A DNA stretch of 64,000 nt, taken from a virus. The position numbers were made by a program, and so were the translations under genes. The stretch's first letter is position 1, and every line of letters starts with the position of its first letter. This document shows positions 1-10,140 of the stretch, one piece after another. The stretch spans positions 36,268 through 100,267 of IMG/VR virus record IMGVR_UViG_3300009609_000001; one strand, written 5' to 3'. The notes beneath the pieces are model-generated. The model saw nothing but the letters and a program-made list of their open reading frames with translations, did not search any database and was not told the origin of the DNA.

Positions 1-80
1 GCCGGCTTCGTCGAGTGCCAGTTCCAGCACCGGCGCGGCGCTCTTGCGGGCCTCTACGCGAGCTGTAATTTCGGCGTCGG

Positions 81-755
81 TCATGTTGCCTCCATAGCAA
101 TCAGCGAACCGGCTGGCTTGCCGGTGGGGCGGCGGCGCTCAAACTTCCGCGTTCCAACGCCGCCGGCAATCAGTGCTTCCACGATCTTCTTGACGCTGGT
201 TCGCTTGTTCCAGGGCATCGTTACTTCAAACGGGACGCTCTCGTCCCCGTTAGTGCAACAGCCGCCGAACTTCTCGCGCACAGTCATTGTGGCCGTGCCA
301 TCATCGTTGAACCGCAGTCCGCCGAACCTGTACCAGTCCTCGTTGGTTTTCCAGAACGCTTTTTTGACCTTCAAGTCAAATTGATGCTTGCCGCCTTCCC
401 AGAGGTCGTGTTCGCTCAGGCCGACGATGCAGTAGTAGCGCTCGTTGCTCATGCGGCAAGTTCGCTCCGTGCCAATCTCGCGGAGCAGTAGCCCGTGCCA
501 GTCGGGATCGAACTTGTCCACCACAAAGCCAACGGTGAAATCGTGAATCCCGCTCGTCTGGCAAATTACCAAGTCGCCGGGTTTGATCTTGTCATACTCG
601 CGGTGCTCAAAATGGACGTACTCCCGGCCAGCGGAGCGGTCGTGGAAGTCCAGTTGATACGCGCCGCGAGCCAACACAAGCATCGTCTGAAGCTCGCGAA
701 TGATGGTCAGCAGGATTCGCTCTTTGTCGGACATTTCGGGTGGGGCGATTCTCAT
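81..755 (-). CDS. Hypothetical phage protein
   Basis: Long ORF in the tightly packed minus-strand operon; ATG at 755 overlaps the upstream stop. Confidence 0.7.
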   Translation of the reverse strand: MRIAPPEMSDKERILLTIIRELQTMLVLARGAYQLDFHDRSAGREYVHFEHREYDKIKPGDLVICQTSGIHDFTVGFVVDKFDPDWHGLLLREIGTERTCRMSNERYYCIVGLSEHDLWEGGKHQFDLKVKKAFWKTNEDWYRFGGLRFNDDGTATMTVREKFGGCCTNGDESVPFEVTMPWNKRTSVKKIVEALIAGGVGTRKFERRRPTGKPAGSLIAMEAT

Positions 756-985
756 GCGTCGTCCTCCAGGGTTATCAAGCAGCCGAACCGACATCCATTG
801 CACCACTCGCCTGGAACGCCGCCGCCCTCGCATGGAATCGGCCCGTTCTTATCGAATTCGCTTTTCGCAGCCGCCGTCATTTGGTCCCACGGCTTGAATA
901 GTTCGGGGTCCGCAAAGCACTGCGCCTCTAGTTCTGCCTTGCGGCGAATCGTGCTGAGCCGGAACTTGTTGGCCTTAGTAGTCAT
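752..985 (-). CDS. Small Cys-containing hypothetical protein
   Basis: Overlapping start/stop packing. Confidence 0.6.
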   Translation of the reverse strand: MTTKANKFRLSTIRRKAELEAQCFADPELFKPWDQMTAAAKSEFDKNGPIPCEGGGVPGEWCNGCRFGCLITLEDDA

Positions 986-1649
986 CGCGTAGCCTTTCCG
1001 CGTCTTTCTTCAGTGCCGATATGCTCATTTCCAGGCTGTCACGCGGCGGCTTGTTCATCCATCCCAGCATGGTGGCAATGCTCTTGACGGTACGCCACTC
1101 TTCGTCATACCAGCGCTTCCAGCCTTCAGCCGCTTCGCGTGCGTTCCCCGGCACCGTGCCGTCCGGGAATTGCAGCCGGCACACGGGCGGGTCGAGTTCG
1201 GATTCAAGCGCGGCGATGCGGGCTTTTAGCGTGCGGTTCTCCTCCCAGACGGCCGTAACGTCGGCGCTGTTCTTCTCGAAGATGTCGCACGCCTCATTGA
1301 TTCGCTTGTTCTGTTCCTCAAGTTGCTTTATGCGTCCCTTGTCCTCCGAAGCCGCCTTACAGTACCCCTGCAAGTGCCGGAACTTATCTTCGTTCAGCAG
1401 CCGCAACTGTTTGATCTCCGCAGCCGCCAGCGTGAACACGTCCTGCTCTTGCACGCCGGTCACGCCCAGCGCTTCCCAGAGCTTGTCCAAGCCGGCGTGG
1501 TATTGCTCCGGGCTGATGTCGAATTTGGAACGCATTGTTTCGTCTCTCATTGGCAAAGCATCCTGATTGTGTTCTTGAGCCGCAGGAACGCGAGATACCA
1601 CATTAGCTCTTGCTTCTCGGCGGCCGTGCAGCCGTTGGATTTGCACCAT
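975..1649 (-). CDS. Coiled-coil hypothetical protein (true start probably internal)
   Basis: Heptad-like stretches such as RIKQLEEQNKR and LKARIAALESEL. Confidence 0.6.
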   Translation of the reverse strand: MVQIQRLHGRREARANVVSRVPAAQEHNQDALPMRDETMRSKFDISPEQYHAGLDKLWEALGVTGVQEQDVFTLAAAEIKQLRLLNEDKFRHLQGYCKAASEDKGRIKQLEEQNKRINEACDIFEKNSADVTAVWEENRTLKARIAALESELDPPVCRLQFPDGTVPGNAREAAEGWKRWYDEEWRTVKSIATMLGWMNKPPRDSLEMSISALKKDAERLRDDY

Positions 1650-1659
1650 TCACGGAAGG

Positions 1660-1923
1660 TCATGGCTCGATTCCAAAGGCTGGGTGCCGTGCATCGCAGC
1701 GTGAGCACCCAAGGTCGCTAAAGTCATAAATCGGCTTTCCGCAGTGCGGGCAAATCGGCTCATCTTCTTGCGGCTCGCACGATGCGGCCACGGCGCAGCA
1801 ACCATCACACGAACCTAATCCAATTGGACAATTGCACACACTGCACAAATCGTCGTCCGGCGTTCCGCCGCACCATGCCTCTTGCTCGATTCCCCAGTCG
1901 TGATGGCTACTCATGTTTTTCAT
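1660..1923 (-). CDS. Small Zn-finger protein
   Basis: Several CxxC pairs. Confidence 0.55.
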   Translation of the reverse strand: MKNMSSHHDWGIEQEAWCGGTPDDDLCSVCNCPIGLGSCDGCCAVAASCEPQEDEPICPHCGKPIYDFSDLGCSRCDARHPAFGIEP

Positions 1924-2098
1924 CCTTCCAGAGCGGTCGATTGTCGCTCTCTGGGTTACGCGGCACTTGGCCAGAGCCGGGGCAAACGCTCCGGCATGGC
2001 TTTGGGTAATCGTGCGTCGGGATCAACTGGTTGCGGGCGCTGAATAGCTCGCCGCAGTGCGGGCACATAACGAGCGTGCGTGTGTAGGGTTCGTTCAT
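1907..2098 (-). CDS. Small Zn-ribbon protein
   Basis: CPHCG...H...CPGSG. Confidence 0.6.
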   Translation of the reverse strand: MNEPYTRTLVMCPHCGELFSARNQLIPTHDYPKPCRSVCPGSGQVPRNPESDNRPLWKDEKHE

Positions 2099-2103
2099 TG
2101 CGT

Positions 2104-2463
2104 TTACTCCACAAGGTCAATGCAGGAATCGTCTGGCAACTTGCACGTATCGTCCAACAGAATGAAGCTGGTCGGCTGGCCCGGCGTCACGCGCACCAAC
2201 CGGCCGACTTCCCAGGTTGCAAACACTGGCGGCTTGTCGCCGGTTCCGCCGCAATCGGGGCAAACATCCGGCCCAACAATCTCGCCGCCGGAAACGTAGG
2301 CCGGTTGATAGCCGCCAGTCCCGTCGCACGCTGTGCACTTCTCAAGCGGCATGGCCACGTTCTTGCTGTCGCATAGCTTCTCGCCGCAAAGGCTGCAACG
2401 CTGGATGATTCGGCCACAGGCTTCGATGCGTGGGCCGGCGATGTGGGTTGTGCTAGTCATCAA
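2104..2463 (-). CDS. Protein with DnaJ-type CxxCxGxG Zn finger
   Basis: CTACDGTG and CPDCGGTG. Confidence 0.65.
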   Translation of the reverse strand: MMTSTTHIAGPRIEACGRIIQRCSLCGEKLCDSKNVAMPLEKCTACDGTGGYQPAYVSGGEIVGPDVCPDCGGTGDKPPVFATWEVGRLVRVTPGQPTSFILLDDTCKLPDDSCIDLVE

Positions 2464-2902
2464 TTCGCCTCCGCCATTTTTGCTTCCATCTTGTTCGCCA
2501 ACTCACGCAACGCCTGCGGCATTTCTAGGCGGCGCACGTCCGCAATCTTAGGACATGGGCCGCTGTAGCCGTGAAACTTGAACATTTCCTCGCCGCGCGG
2601 CAGACAGATCGTTCGGTTCTGCCTTGAGCAGCTTGCGGGCCTTGCGAATTACCTTCCGAATCATGGCATCGCTCGGGCGCTCGTGTTTGTTTGAGTACCG
2701 CATCATTGCTCCGGGTCGTGATACCACCAACTGATATGCAACGGGACGCAGGGCAGGAAGCAAATCCACATATCCACGCAATGCCCACTCGTTTTCCAGA
2801 ATGCGCCAACCCAGCAGTCGGCAAGCTTGAATTCAAATTGCCAGTGCCAGCCTTCAAAGACAAGTCGCCGGGTTATCGGGCCGTAGCCAAAGAGAAGTCG
2901 TT

Positions 2903-3247
2903 TCATTCAAAGTCTCCACGTTCAGGCTGCGCGTCGTTCTCGATTTCTGCGCTGCGTTCCGTCGCCTCATCCAACTCATCTTGAATATCCCAAATCGTGG
3001 CCGATATTTCCGACGCAGTTGGCGACGGGTCGTCAATCGACCTCCCAGCCGTGTGCTTATCGCAACCGCCGCTCACCATCTTGCTATAACGATGCGACTC
3101 CGGGTTAAGGCACAACGCCTGCATTTCCTGCCCGCCAATCTGCGCGGCGCATCGCTCACTCCAAAACTTGCAGCCGTCGCAAGTGCCACAGCCCACTGTC
3201 TGCATCGCTGATTTCCAGCTTGGGTCGAACATTGGATTAACCCTCAA
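2903..3247 (-). CDS. Cys-rich hypothetical protein
   Basis: CDGCKFW...C...C...C; operon packing. Confidence 0.55.
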   Translation of the reverse strand: MRVNPMFDPSWKSAMQTVGCGTCDGCKFWSERCAAQIGGQEMQALCLNPESHRYSKMVSGGCDKHTAGRSIDDPSPTASEISATIWDIQDELDEATERSAEIENDAQPERGDFE

Positions 3248-3488
3248 GTTGTTGTCGCTTTCTGAATTCGTGCATCGCCATTGGTTCGCTCAACTCGCCC
3301 TGTCGCTCCCGGCATCGGTCGCAAGCCGGCTGTCCGCCCCACTCTCCCTGCCAGTCATTCGGCAAGATCAAATCTTCGTACATCGGAATCCCGCTCGCGT
3401 GCGAATCGTCGCCGCACACTACGCACTCCGCGACGATCGGCCAGAGTTCGATGACTTGGACGCGGCCTCTTTCTTCCTTCGTTTCCAT
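3237..3488 (-). CDS. Small Zn-finger hypothetical protein
   Basis: CVVCG...CDRC. Confidence 0.55.
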   Translation of the reverse strand: METKEERGRVQVIELWPIVAECVVCGDDSHASGIPMYEDLILPNDWQGEWGGQPACDRCRERQGELSEPMAMHEFRKRQQLEG

Positions 3489-3542
3489 GCCAACCTCAAT
3501 CCTTCGCTGATGCGCCGTTGACGTTCAGTGATGGGGACACGG

Positions 3543-3743
3543 CTATTCTTCGTCATCCTCGTCGTCATCCTCGCCCTCGGCCAGTTCGTCCAAATCTTCC
3601 GCCAGCGCGTACAGGTCATCCGTGATTCGGTCGCACTCGTTCTCCTCGTCGTCGCTCATGTGCCGGCGTGTTTCTGCGCTCTGTAGATCGAACGCCACGG
3701 ATCGAAGCGCTCCAGCAGCAGACGTGATCTTTTGGTTTTTCAT
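3543..3743 (-). CDS. Small acidic hypothetical protein
   Basis: GGAGG RBS; very acidic C-terminus. Confidence 0.6.
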   Translation of the reverse strand: MKNQKITSAAGALRSVAFDLQSAETRRHMSDDEENECDRITDDLYALAEDLDELAEGEDDDEDDEE

Positions 3744-3778
3744 TCGGTTATCGCCTCCCCGGTTTCACAGTCGAACAT

Positions 3779-4066
3779 CTATCGTCCCTCCGTAATCGCA
3801 CGCGGTTCATCGTCAATCCAAATGTCAATCGGCAAGCCGCGCTGCTTCATATGCCAGTCCTTCGCGGCCAGGCTGGTGAAGTGAATCGGCACCGGCACCT
3901 TGCATTCTTCGTAGTTCTCTGCGGTCGGTCGCCGGCAGGAGACGCACAAGACAAGATGCCCTCGAGCGCGGGCCAGCGCGATGAAGGCGTCCCATAGCTC
4001 GGAATCGGCTGTGTATGTGCCGTCGTAATCGAGCGCGATGCGCAGGCGCTTGGCTGGTTCGGTCAT
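3779..4066 (-). CDS. Minimal HAD-superfamily phosphatase-like protein
   Basis: IALDYDGT motif I and WIDD motif IV. Confidence 0.75.
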   Translation of the reverse strand: MTEPAKRLRIALDYDGTYTADSELWDAFIALARARGHLVLCVSCRRPTAENYEECKVPVPIHFTSLAAKDWHMKQRGLPIDIWIDDEPRAITEGR

Positions 4067-4268
4067 TTCCTGCCGTCGCTTTCTTTTATGGTCGTCGCAC
4101 CGTGCTCGCGGAGAAACGATTCCGCCTCTTGCTGCGAGCCGCAGTCGATATGCAAGCCTTTGGTTTGAACCATGTCCACGCACCACAGGCCGTGTAATCC
4201 GATGTAGGCGCGGCCCACGTAGACGCCGCGCGCATCGAATGCGGTTAGTTCGGTGATGATCGGTTCAG

Positions 4269-4865
4269 TCATTGGATTCCCTTCTCTTTCAGCAGCCCCG
4301 ACAACTCGCGGGCTTGTTCCAGAGCGGCGATGCGGGATTCTGCGGCCTGCAACGCGAGAATCACCCGCTCGTCAAGCGGCATCATGCGACCATCGACGAT
4401 TGGACCAACACCACGCGAGCGGCAGGTGTCTGCGATGTTCGCCAGCGTGTTGCCGGCATTGCCGGAGTTGTCCATTTCGAACTGAATATCCTTTCGCAGC
4501 CTCTCGATTTCGCAAGCTAGGCACGGCTTTCCGGCCTGCTTGTCGCGATGGTCCGGGCAGAGATTGTTGGCGAGTGAGTTCCGACACTTCAGGGTCAGCC
4601 GCTTGTTTTCTTTTTCGACGGCTTCAAGCGATGTACGCTCCACCAGCACGTACTTATTTGGGTCAATCGGTTTGCCGCGAACAGACTGAATTGCCTTCTT
4701 CGTATAGTCGCTCAGACCAACACATCCGGGATCGCAAATCACGCTTTGCAGCACGTCACGTAGCCGCTCAATCTCCTGCGCCTCCAAGCCGTCGGGTGAA
4801 GGCGCCGCCGTCGCTACGGGCGGGGTGGTGTTGGGCGGGGTCAGGGCGGGTAGGGTTTGGGTCAT
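4269..4865 (-). CDS. Hypothetical phage protein (coiled coil plus Cys motif)
   Basis: CPDH...CLAC, EIERLR repeats; ATG at 4865. Confidence 0.6.
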   Translation of the reverse strand: MTQTLPALTPPNTTPPVATAAPSPDGLEAQEIERLRDVLQSVICDPGCVGLSDYTKKAIQSVRGKPIDPNKYVLVERTSLEAVEKENKRLTLKCRNSLANNLCPDHRDKQAGKPCLACEIERLRKDIQFEMDNSGNAGNTLANIADTCRSRGVGPIVDGRMMPLDERVILALQAAESRIAALEQARELSGLLKEKGIQ

Positions 4866-5497
4866 TTGATCCTCAAGGGTTCTATCTTTCGCAGTTGCTC
4901 GATGCGCTTCGTCGCGAGCGTCAAGAGCGTTTCTTCCGTGGCTTCCGGTTTGCAACTCGTTTCCGCAATCTCATCAGCCACGGAACGCCAAGCCCGCAAC
5001 AGCCGGTGCTTTCTCAGGCAGCCGGCGTAGTATCCCATGTGCGTACTGACGCATGCGCACGGCCTGAGGATTCCTTCCAGCCAGTCGATTGCGTCGCGCC
5101 CGCTCTCGAATCCGCCGGCCGATGCGATCTTCTTCCACCAGCCGGATTCCTTGAGCCAGTCCCGGAACGCCGCTGGTACGTGCGCTGGTATCGCTTTTTC
5201 CTTGGCTTCGATCAGTGCCGCAAACAGCATCGCATGCTCCTCCAGAAAGAAGTCTCTCCGCGTCAGTTTCCAAGCAGCGTCGATATCCTTTGACTCCCAG
5301 AACACCAGCAGGTTCGCCAGTAACTCCCGCTCCATGTCCGTGTCACAAGGCGTTCGTTTCTCCAGCAGTTTCCGATGCCGCCGCTGTTGCTCAATCGCCT
5401 GAAAGAACTTGAGCCGTTTGAGTTCGATCTTCTCCCAGGCTGCTTGGGCTTCCGGGTCGGCAAAGGTTGGTGTTGGGTTTGGCTTCGTTGCTTCCAT
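4862..5497 (-). CDS. DnaB-like helicase N-terminal domain protein (no ATPase domain)
   Basis: ERELLANLL...LTRRDFFLEEHAMLFAAL...YYAGCLRKHRLLR pattern. Confidence 0.7.
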   Translation of the reverse strand: MEATKPNPTPTFADPEAQAAWEKIELKRLKFFQAIEQQRRHRKLLEKRTPCDTDMERELLANLLVFWESKDIDAAWKLTRRDFFLEEHAMLFAALIEAKEKAIPAHVPAAFRDWLKESGWWKKIASAGGFESGRDAIDWLEGILRPCACVSTHMGYYAGCLRKHRLLRAWRSVADEIAETSCKPEATEETLLTLATKRIEQLRKIEPLRIK

Positions 5498-5725
5498 TCT
5501 TCACCAACCAACGGAAACTCAGGCGCGCACCACCACTAGCAAATACGTCTCCAGTAGCAGGTGTGCAAAACGCTCTTTGTGGTGATTTCAGCGGATCGTC
5601 GAAACGTATCCGCCGCGGAGTTCGCCCACCGGGTAGGGCAGCTTCCGTCCACGCCTGGCACAGCGCTATCCGCGTTACCGCCAACAGAGCGGCTATAATC
5701 CGGCGCACGGAAGGCCGGAATCCAC

Positions 5726-6463
5726 TTAGGAATTGGCCTCCACCTGCTTGGCTCGACTTCGCTTGTAACAGCGATTGCAAAGCCCTTTCCTGGTAGGTTT
5801 AGTTGGGATTCCACATGACGAGCACGGCGCCGCCGCCTTTGTTGGGCGCGGCGGTGCATCCATCAGCAATGCCATCGACGGGTCCACCCCGGCATAAATC
5901 CTCTTTTGCGTGCTGCTATACGACTTCCCGAGTTCTTTGCACCACGACTTTAGGCTTTGCTCTCGTCCGCCAATAACAATCCTTATCGTTCGGCGAGTGT
6001 TGTTTGACTGCTCAGCCGTGGTCGCCCACCTGCAATTTCCAGGCTCGTAATTGCCGTCGTTATTTACCCTCTCGATTGAGTGTCGTTCTGATGGGCGATT
6101 GCCCATGTCAGCAAGGAAGTTGGCAAACGAGTGCCGCCAGCGGTCGCAAACACTGATGCCGCGGCCGCCGTATCGATCGTATCCCTTGATGTTCTTTTTC
6201 TCACATCGCGCAATCATGCCAACCCAGACATGGTATTCAGGAGACTTAGAACGCCCATGCGTTCTGGTGCGCCCGCCAGAAATTTCGTTTCTTAGGCATC
6301 CGCAGCTCTTCTGCTGGCCAGAAACCATGTCCTCTCCACGAAATTCTCCTACAGTCCCGCAGGAGCAACGACAGATCCACCACGCCTTGCTTTTTCTCGT
6401 TTCGGCGTATCGAACTACCGTAAGCCGCCCGAATGTTTTTCCAGTGTGATCGATGCGCTTCAT
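5726..6463 (-). CDS. HNH homing endonuclease with C-terminal Zn finger
   Basis: GKTFGRLTV, CSCG, SCGC, YGGRGISVCDRW, SIERVNNDGNYEPGNCRWAT. Confidence 0.9.
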   Translation of the reverse strand: MKRIDHTGKTFGRLTVVRYAETRKSKAWWICRCSCGTVGEFRGEDMVSGQQKSCGCLRNEISGGRTRTHGRSKSPEYHVWVGMIARCEKKNIKGYDRYGGRGISVCDRWRHSFANFLADMGNRPSERHSIERVNNDGNYEPGNCRWATTAEQSNNTRRTIRIVIGGREQSLKSWCKELGKSYSSTQKRIYAGVDPSMALLMDAPPRPTKAAAPCSSCGIPTKPTRKGLCNRCYKRSRAKQVEANS

Positions 6464-6969
6464 TAGTTGCCTCTTACGGAGTTAAGCAATTGCACCCAGG
6501 CATGGACTTCTCCCCACGAAATGGCGCCTTGCTCCCTGTGCCTCAATTTGTTGATCGTGTTCAAGTCGAATAGCTCGCGATCTTCGATGAACTTTATTGC
6601 ACACTGCACCACGGCTGGCAGCCAAGACAGAATAGAGTCGTGGCACTGCCGACACGTCACCAGAAAGTTTTCCTTACAGCACCACTCGCTAGACTTTGAC
6701 CTCCTCGCAATCTCGTGAATGTCGAGAGTCCGTTTCTCGCGGCAGACGTGGCAGCGGTCGAAAGCCGCTCCCCACTCCGCGCGTTCCCTGAGCGCATCGG
6801 CGCTGGGATATGTCGGGCGGCGGCGGACAAGGGCACTTCGTTTCATGTCTTCCAGCACTCGCCGAACTGTTGCGACCACAGCCGGCGGGTTTCCAGGGCG
6901 GAGGATGAGGGGTACTTTTTCAAAAGATGTTCTTTCGCTTCTCGCGGCCCTTTGCGCAAATCTCGACAT
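6463..6969 (-). CDS. HNH-fold nuclease-like protein
   Basis: CHVC...DIHEI...ENFLVTCRQCH. Confidence 0.6.
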   Translation of the reverse strand: MSRFAQRAARSERTSFEKVPLILRPGNPPAVVATVRRVLEDMKRSALVRRRPTYPSADALRERAEWGAAFDRCHVCREKRTLDIHEIARRSKSSEWCCKENFLVTCRQCHDSILSWLPAVVQCAIKFIEDRELFDLNTINKLRHREQGAISWGEVHAWVQLLNSVRGN

Positions 6970-9160
6970 ACTCTTCGTTGTTGAGGTATCCTGCCTGGCG
7001 ACTGGCTTTGACCGCGTTCACCAGCACGTCCAGAGCATCATTGGTTTCCGCCTTGCCGATATCCGACAACAGCGCTTTGGCCACTTCGCGGAACGGCTGC
7101 GGGACTGGCTTGCCTTGCTTCACCAAATCAAAAGCGTTCTTGACCTCGATAGGCGTCATGTCGCGAGCATCGACGCCCGATCGACATAGCGCCCGAAGTT
7201 GATTAGGGGTCGGCCCGGATTTCTTCCAACACTCCCCTGGAATGCGGTTTGTGTGGGCAACCTCTTCCCGGCTCAGCCCCTCTTCTTTCAACTGGCCGAT
7301 CATTCGTCCGGCCTGGCGCTTGGTTGGTTCCCAGCCGGTGAAGTCCATCCCCAGCATGTGCAAGAACTTGATTTGCCCTTCGGTCGCCATCGACGGGTCG
7401 CGCTGTTCATAATTCGCGGTCCCTACTTCGTGCGTGGAATACTTCACATCGGCGTCAAGTTTCGCCCGCCTCTCGGCTTCCTCGATTCTCTTTTGACGCT
7501 CCGCCTCTCTCGCCAGCCTCAGCCGTTCTTTCTCTTCTGCGTCCTCTCGCTTGGCTTGCTCGATAGCCGCCTCTGGATCGTCAACTCCGCCAGTCAAGGC
7601 AATCTGTTCTGCGCGGGCGACGATTTCATCCGGCAAGCCATCGGCATAGATTTGCACCGTTGATGCGCAGTCTGCCAGGCCAGTCACGCCCACCAGATCG
7701 ATGATCAGGCAGTTGGCCTTTTCACTCTTGGCGATCGCCGCCAATCTCTCTTCCGGGGTGTCGAGTCCATTGATGCAGTTGCGCAGCGGCCGGCTGCCGC
7801 GCCCCTTCATTTGCTCGGCCAGAGATGAGGCTGCTTTACTGACGGGCCGGAAGATCGTCACGCAAGCGATATCAGGATCGTTGTAGCCCTCGCGACATAG
7901 GCCACATACTGAAAGGAATTGGAACTTGTCGCCCTTGTGGTCGCGGTAGACAAATCGCCTGGACTGCTCCGGGATCTCCCCGTGCAGGCAATGGGCTTGT
8001 ATTCCTAATTTCGTGACGTTCTCTTTCTTGAGGAAGTCGCCGCACTCTTTGCACTTGGCCCCGTCGCCAACCAGAAGGGTTGGATACCATCGCTTGCTCG
8101 CGCATGATGGGCATTCAACCTCACTGCGGGCGTTGATGTAATCCGCGACGTTCTGCGCCATCGCCACCGACGGAGAGAATACCAGCGTCTTGCGGTCGCC
8201 AACCATGTCGAGCATCGGCTCGCACAACTTGGCCAACTGACCCTCGATGGCGCAGGCAACCTCCCTGTCCCACTTGCTTTGATCGGTCCCGCATTCATCT
8301 TTCAATCGGCGGAAGTCCAGCGACTCGACTTGTACGAATCGCTGGAGATACGGTACGGCATAGCCGGCTTTGACCGCGCGGGTGAAAGGGTAATCGAGAG
8401 AGATTCCAGGAAAGAGTTTGTAGCCGATGTTTACATTGTCGCGCCGCTTCGGGGTAGCGGTCACACCGGATCGTCTGGATTGCGGATTCTGCTCAAACCA
8501 TTCAACGATGTGCCCGACCGACTTCATCCCCATACTGAATTTATGCGCCTCGTCGCAGGCCAGCAGCCAGTTGTCCCGCCAGTCGAATTTGTACAGCCGC
8601 GAGACCCGCTTCATCTTGTGGTCGCAGCGGTAGTCTGAATTGTGCTCCGCGATGCCGTCTGCGATTTCTTGTAAATCTCCTTCCGCTTGCAGGGCAGCAA
8701 TCACGCGCCGGGCCGCGGCCTTGGTCAGCAGCCCGATTTCATTCAACCCGAACTTGCGAAGCTCTTCCCGCTGTTCTTCCGTGGCGAGTTCGTGCGTCAT
8801 CAGGCTTTGCCGACTGGCAATCACGATCTGCGGAATGAAGCCGGGCTTGATTTCCTGAGACGCCATTTCGATCTCAAGCGTGAAGTCCGACCCCAGAACG
8901 TCCTCTACTTCCTGCGCGAACTGGCGGACCAACTCTTGTTCGTAACTCAGAACCATGCACCGATAATTCGGCCCGCGTTCCAGCCAACGCTTGAACTTCA
9001 AGCAGGTCATAATCGTTTTGCCGGCCCCCGTAAAAGCTCGTGTGAGCGTCCCGATGGTCCCGGAGTCCCATAGGTCAAAGGACTTATTTACGTCCTCGAC
9101 CTGATAGTCTCGCGGAACGATCCCGCTGGCGATGGCTTCCGCGCCGAAGAGTCCCATCAT
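6920..9160 (-). CDS. SF2 DEAH helicase (ResIII/IRC3-like) with inserted Zn ribbon
   Basis: TGAGKT, DEAH, TATP, EGYNDP, QMKGRGSR; CPSC...CKEC insert. Confidence 0.9.
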   Translation of the reverse strand: MMGLFGAEAIASGIVPRDYQVEDVNKSFDLWDSGTIGTLTRAFTGAGKTIMTCLKFKRWLERGPNYRCMVLSYEQELVRQFAQEVEDVLGSDFTLEIEMASQEIKPGFIPQIVIASRQSLMTHELATEEQREELRKFGLNEIGLLTKAAARRVIAALQAEGDLQEIADGIAEHNSDYRCDHKMKRVSRLYKFDWRDNWLLACDEAHKFSMGMKSVGHIVEWFEQNPQSRRSGVTATPKRRDNVNIGYKLFPGISLDYPFTRAVKAGYAVPYLQRFVQVESLDFRRLKDECGTDQSKWDREVACAIEGQLAKLCEPMLDMVGDRKTLVFSPSVAMAQNVADYINARSEVECPSCASKRWYPTLLVGDGAKCKECGDFLKKENVTKLGIQAHCLHGEIPEQSRRFVYRDHKGDKFQFLSVCGLCREGYNDPDIACVTIFRPVSKAASSLAEQMKGRGSRPLRNCINGLDTPEERLAAIAKSEKANCLIIDLVGVTGLADCASTVQIYADGLPDEIVARAEQIALTGGVDDPEAAIEQAKREDAEEKERLRLAREAERQKRIEEAERRAKLDADVKYSTHEVGTANYEQRDPSMATEGQIKFLHMLGMDFTGWEPTKRQAGRMIGQLKEEGLSREEVAHTNRIPGECWKKSGPTPNQLRALCRSGVDARDMTPIEVKNAFDLVKQGKPVPQPFREVAKALLSDIGKAETNDALDVLVNAVKASRQAGYLNNEEYVEICAKGREKRKNIF

Positions 9161-10140
9161 GTCTTTACCCCCGCGACCTGATCGGCCTTGTACTTGGGCA
9201 GGTAGCCGAGTTCGCTACAGTACGCGCAGGCATCGCCCTTGCTGTTGACCCCATCCTCGCAAGCCGGACAGAGAACCGAACGCGCCGAACGAAGGGTTGC
9301 GCAGCCGGCCTTGACCGATGCCAGCGATGAACCAATCCGGCCGTCCGCGCTGGTCCAGTGCGTATGGGGTACGTTGTCCTCAAAGAACTTCGTCAGAGAC
9401 CGGCAGAACGACTCGATCAGCTTGTTGTCGGCCTCCATCTTCGAGACCGTGGAAGGCTCATCCTCCGGTTCGTTTTCTTCGTCCAGGTCCGCTTTGGCGA
9501 TGGATTCCTTAATGGCCTTGCCGACGCTCTTAGCGGCTCCGCTTGTGATTTTTTTTGCGGCGGCCTTTCGTTTCTTTGCCGGGAGACTGGCGAGGGCTGC
9601 TAGGTCTTTAGCTGTCGCCTTCACTTCTCCAGACAAAACCGCGATCTTGATTTCCTCGCCGGCTGCTTCAGCGGCGGCGTCAACTGCTTTCGCGAACGCT
9701 GTATTGTTGTGAACTGTCCTTTCCGAAATACCCTCTTTTTCCGCGATTTTTGCGGCAGTCGAGCATTCTGCAACGGTTGCAGAATGCTTCCCGCCGATTG
9801 GCTTTTTCGGTGCTTCGCGGTACTTCTTCCCAATCAAGTAACGCCGCTGCTCCTCCGTTACATTCCGCTTGCTCAATTGATGGTCGATGATCCAATTGTG
9901 AGCGGACTGCCGATCCTCAAATGTTATCTTCACAGGCGCGGGCATTTTCAATTCTGGATGCCGCGCCTTGATGGCATAGCGACGATGCCCGTCCAGAAGC
10001 GTGTTGTGGTGATTGGCCCAAACAACGAGCGGTTCAAAGATTGCGCCGTCGGAGAGAATCTGCGATTCAAGCTCGCCAGAATCTTCGTTTGGTACGGATG
10101 GAATGAGGGCCGAGAATTCCGGGTCTATCTTGATCTTCAT
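9157..10140 (-). CDS. ParB-like N-terminal domain protein with HTH and C-terminal Zn finger
   Basis: IDPEFSALIP...LLDGHRRY; IAEKEGISERTV; CPAC...CAYC. Confidence 0.8.
   Translation of the reverse strand: MKIKIDPEFSALIPSVPNEDSGELESQILSDGAIFEPLVVWANHHNTLLDGHRRYAIKARHPELKMPAPVKITFEDRQSAHNWIIDHQLSKRNVTEEQRRYLIGKKYREAPKKPIGGKHSATVAECSTAAKIAEKEGISERTVHNNTAFAKAVDAAAEAAGEEIKIAVLSGEVKATAKDLAALASLPAKKRKAAAKKITSGAAKSVGKAIKESIAKADLDEENEPEDEPSTVSKMEADNKLIESFCRSLTKFFEDNVPHTHWTSADGRIGSSLASVKAGCATLRSARSVLCPACEDGVNSKGDACAYCSELGYLPKYKADQVAGVKT

Noticed and set aside
5726-6463. HNH genes as IscB/HEARO systems or intron-encoded endonucleases
   Set aside because: No RuvC motifs and no recognisable group I intron core; they look like free-standing phage HNH genes
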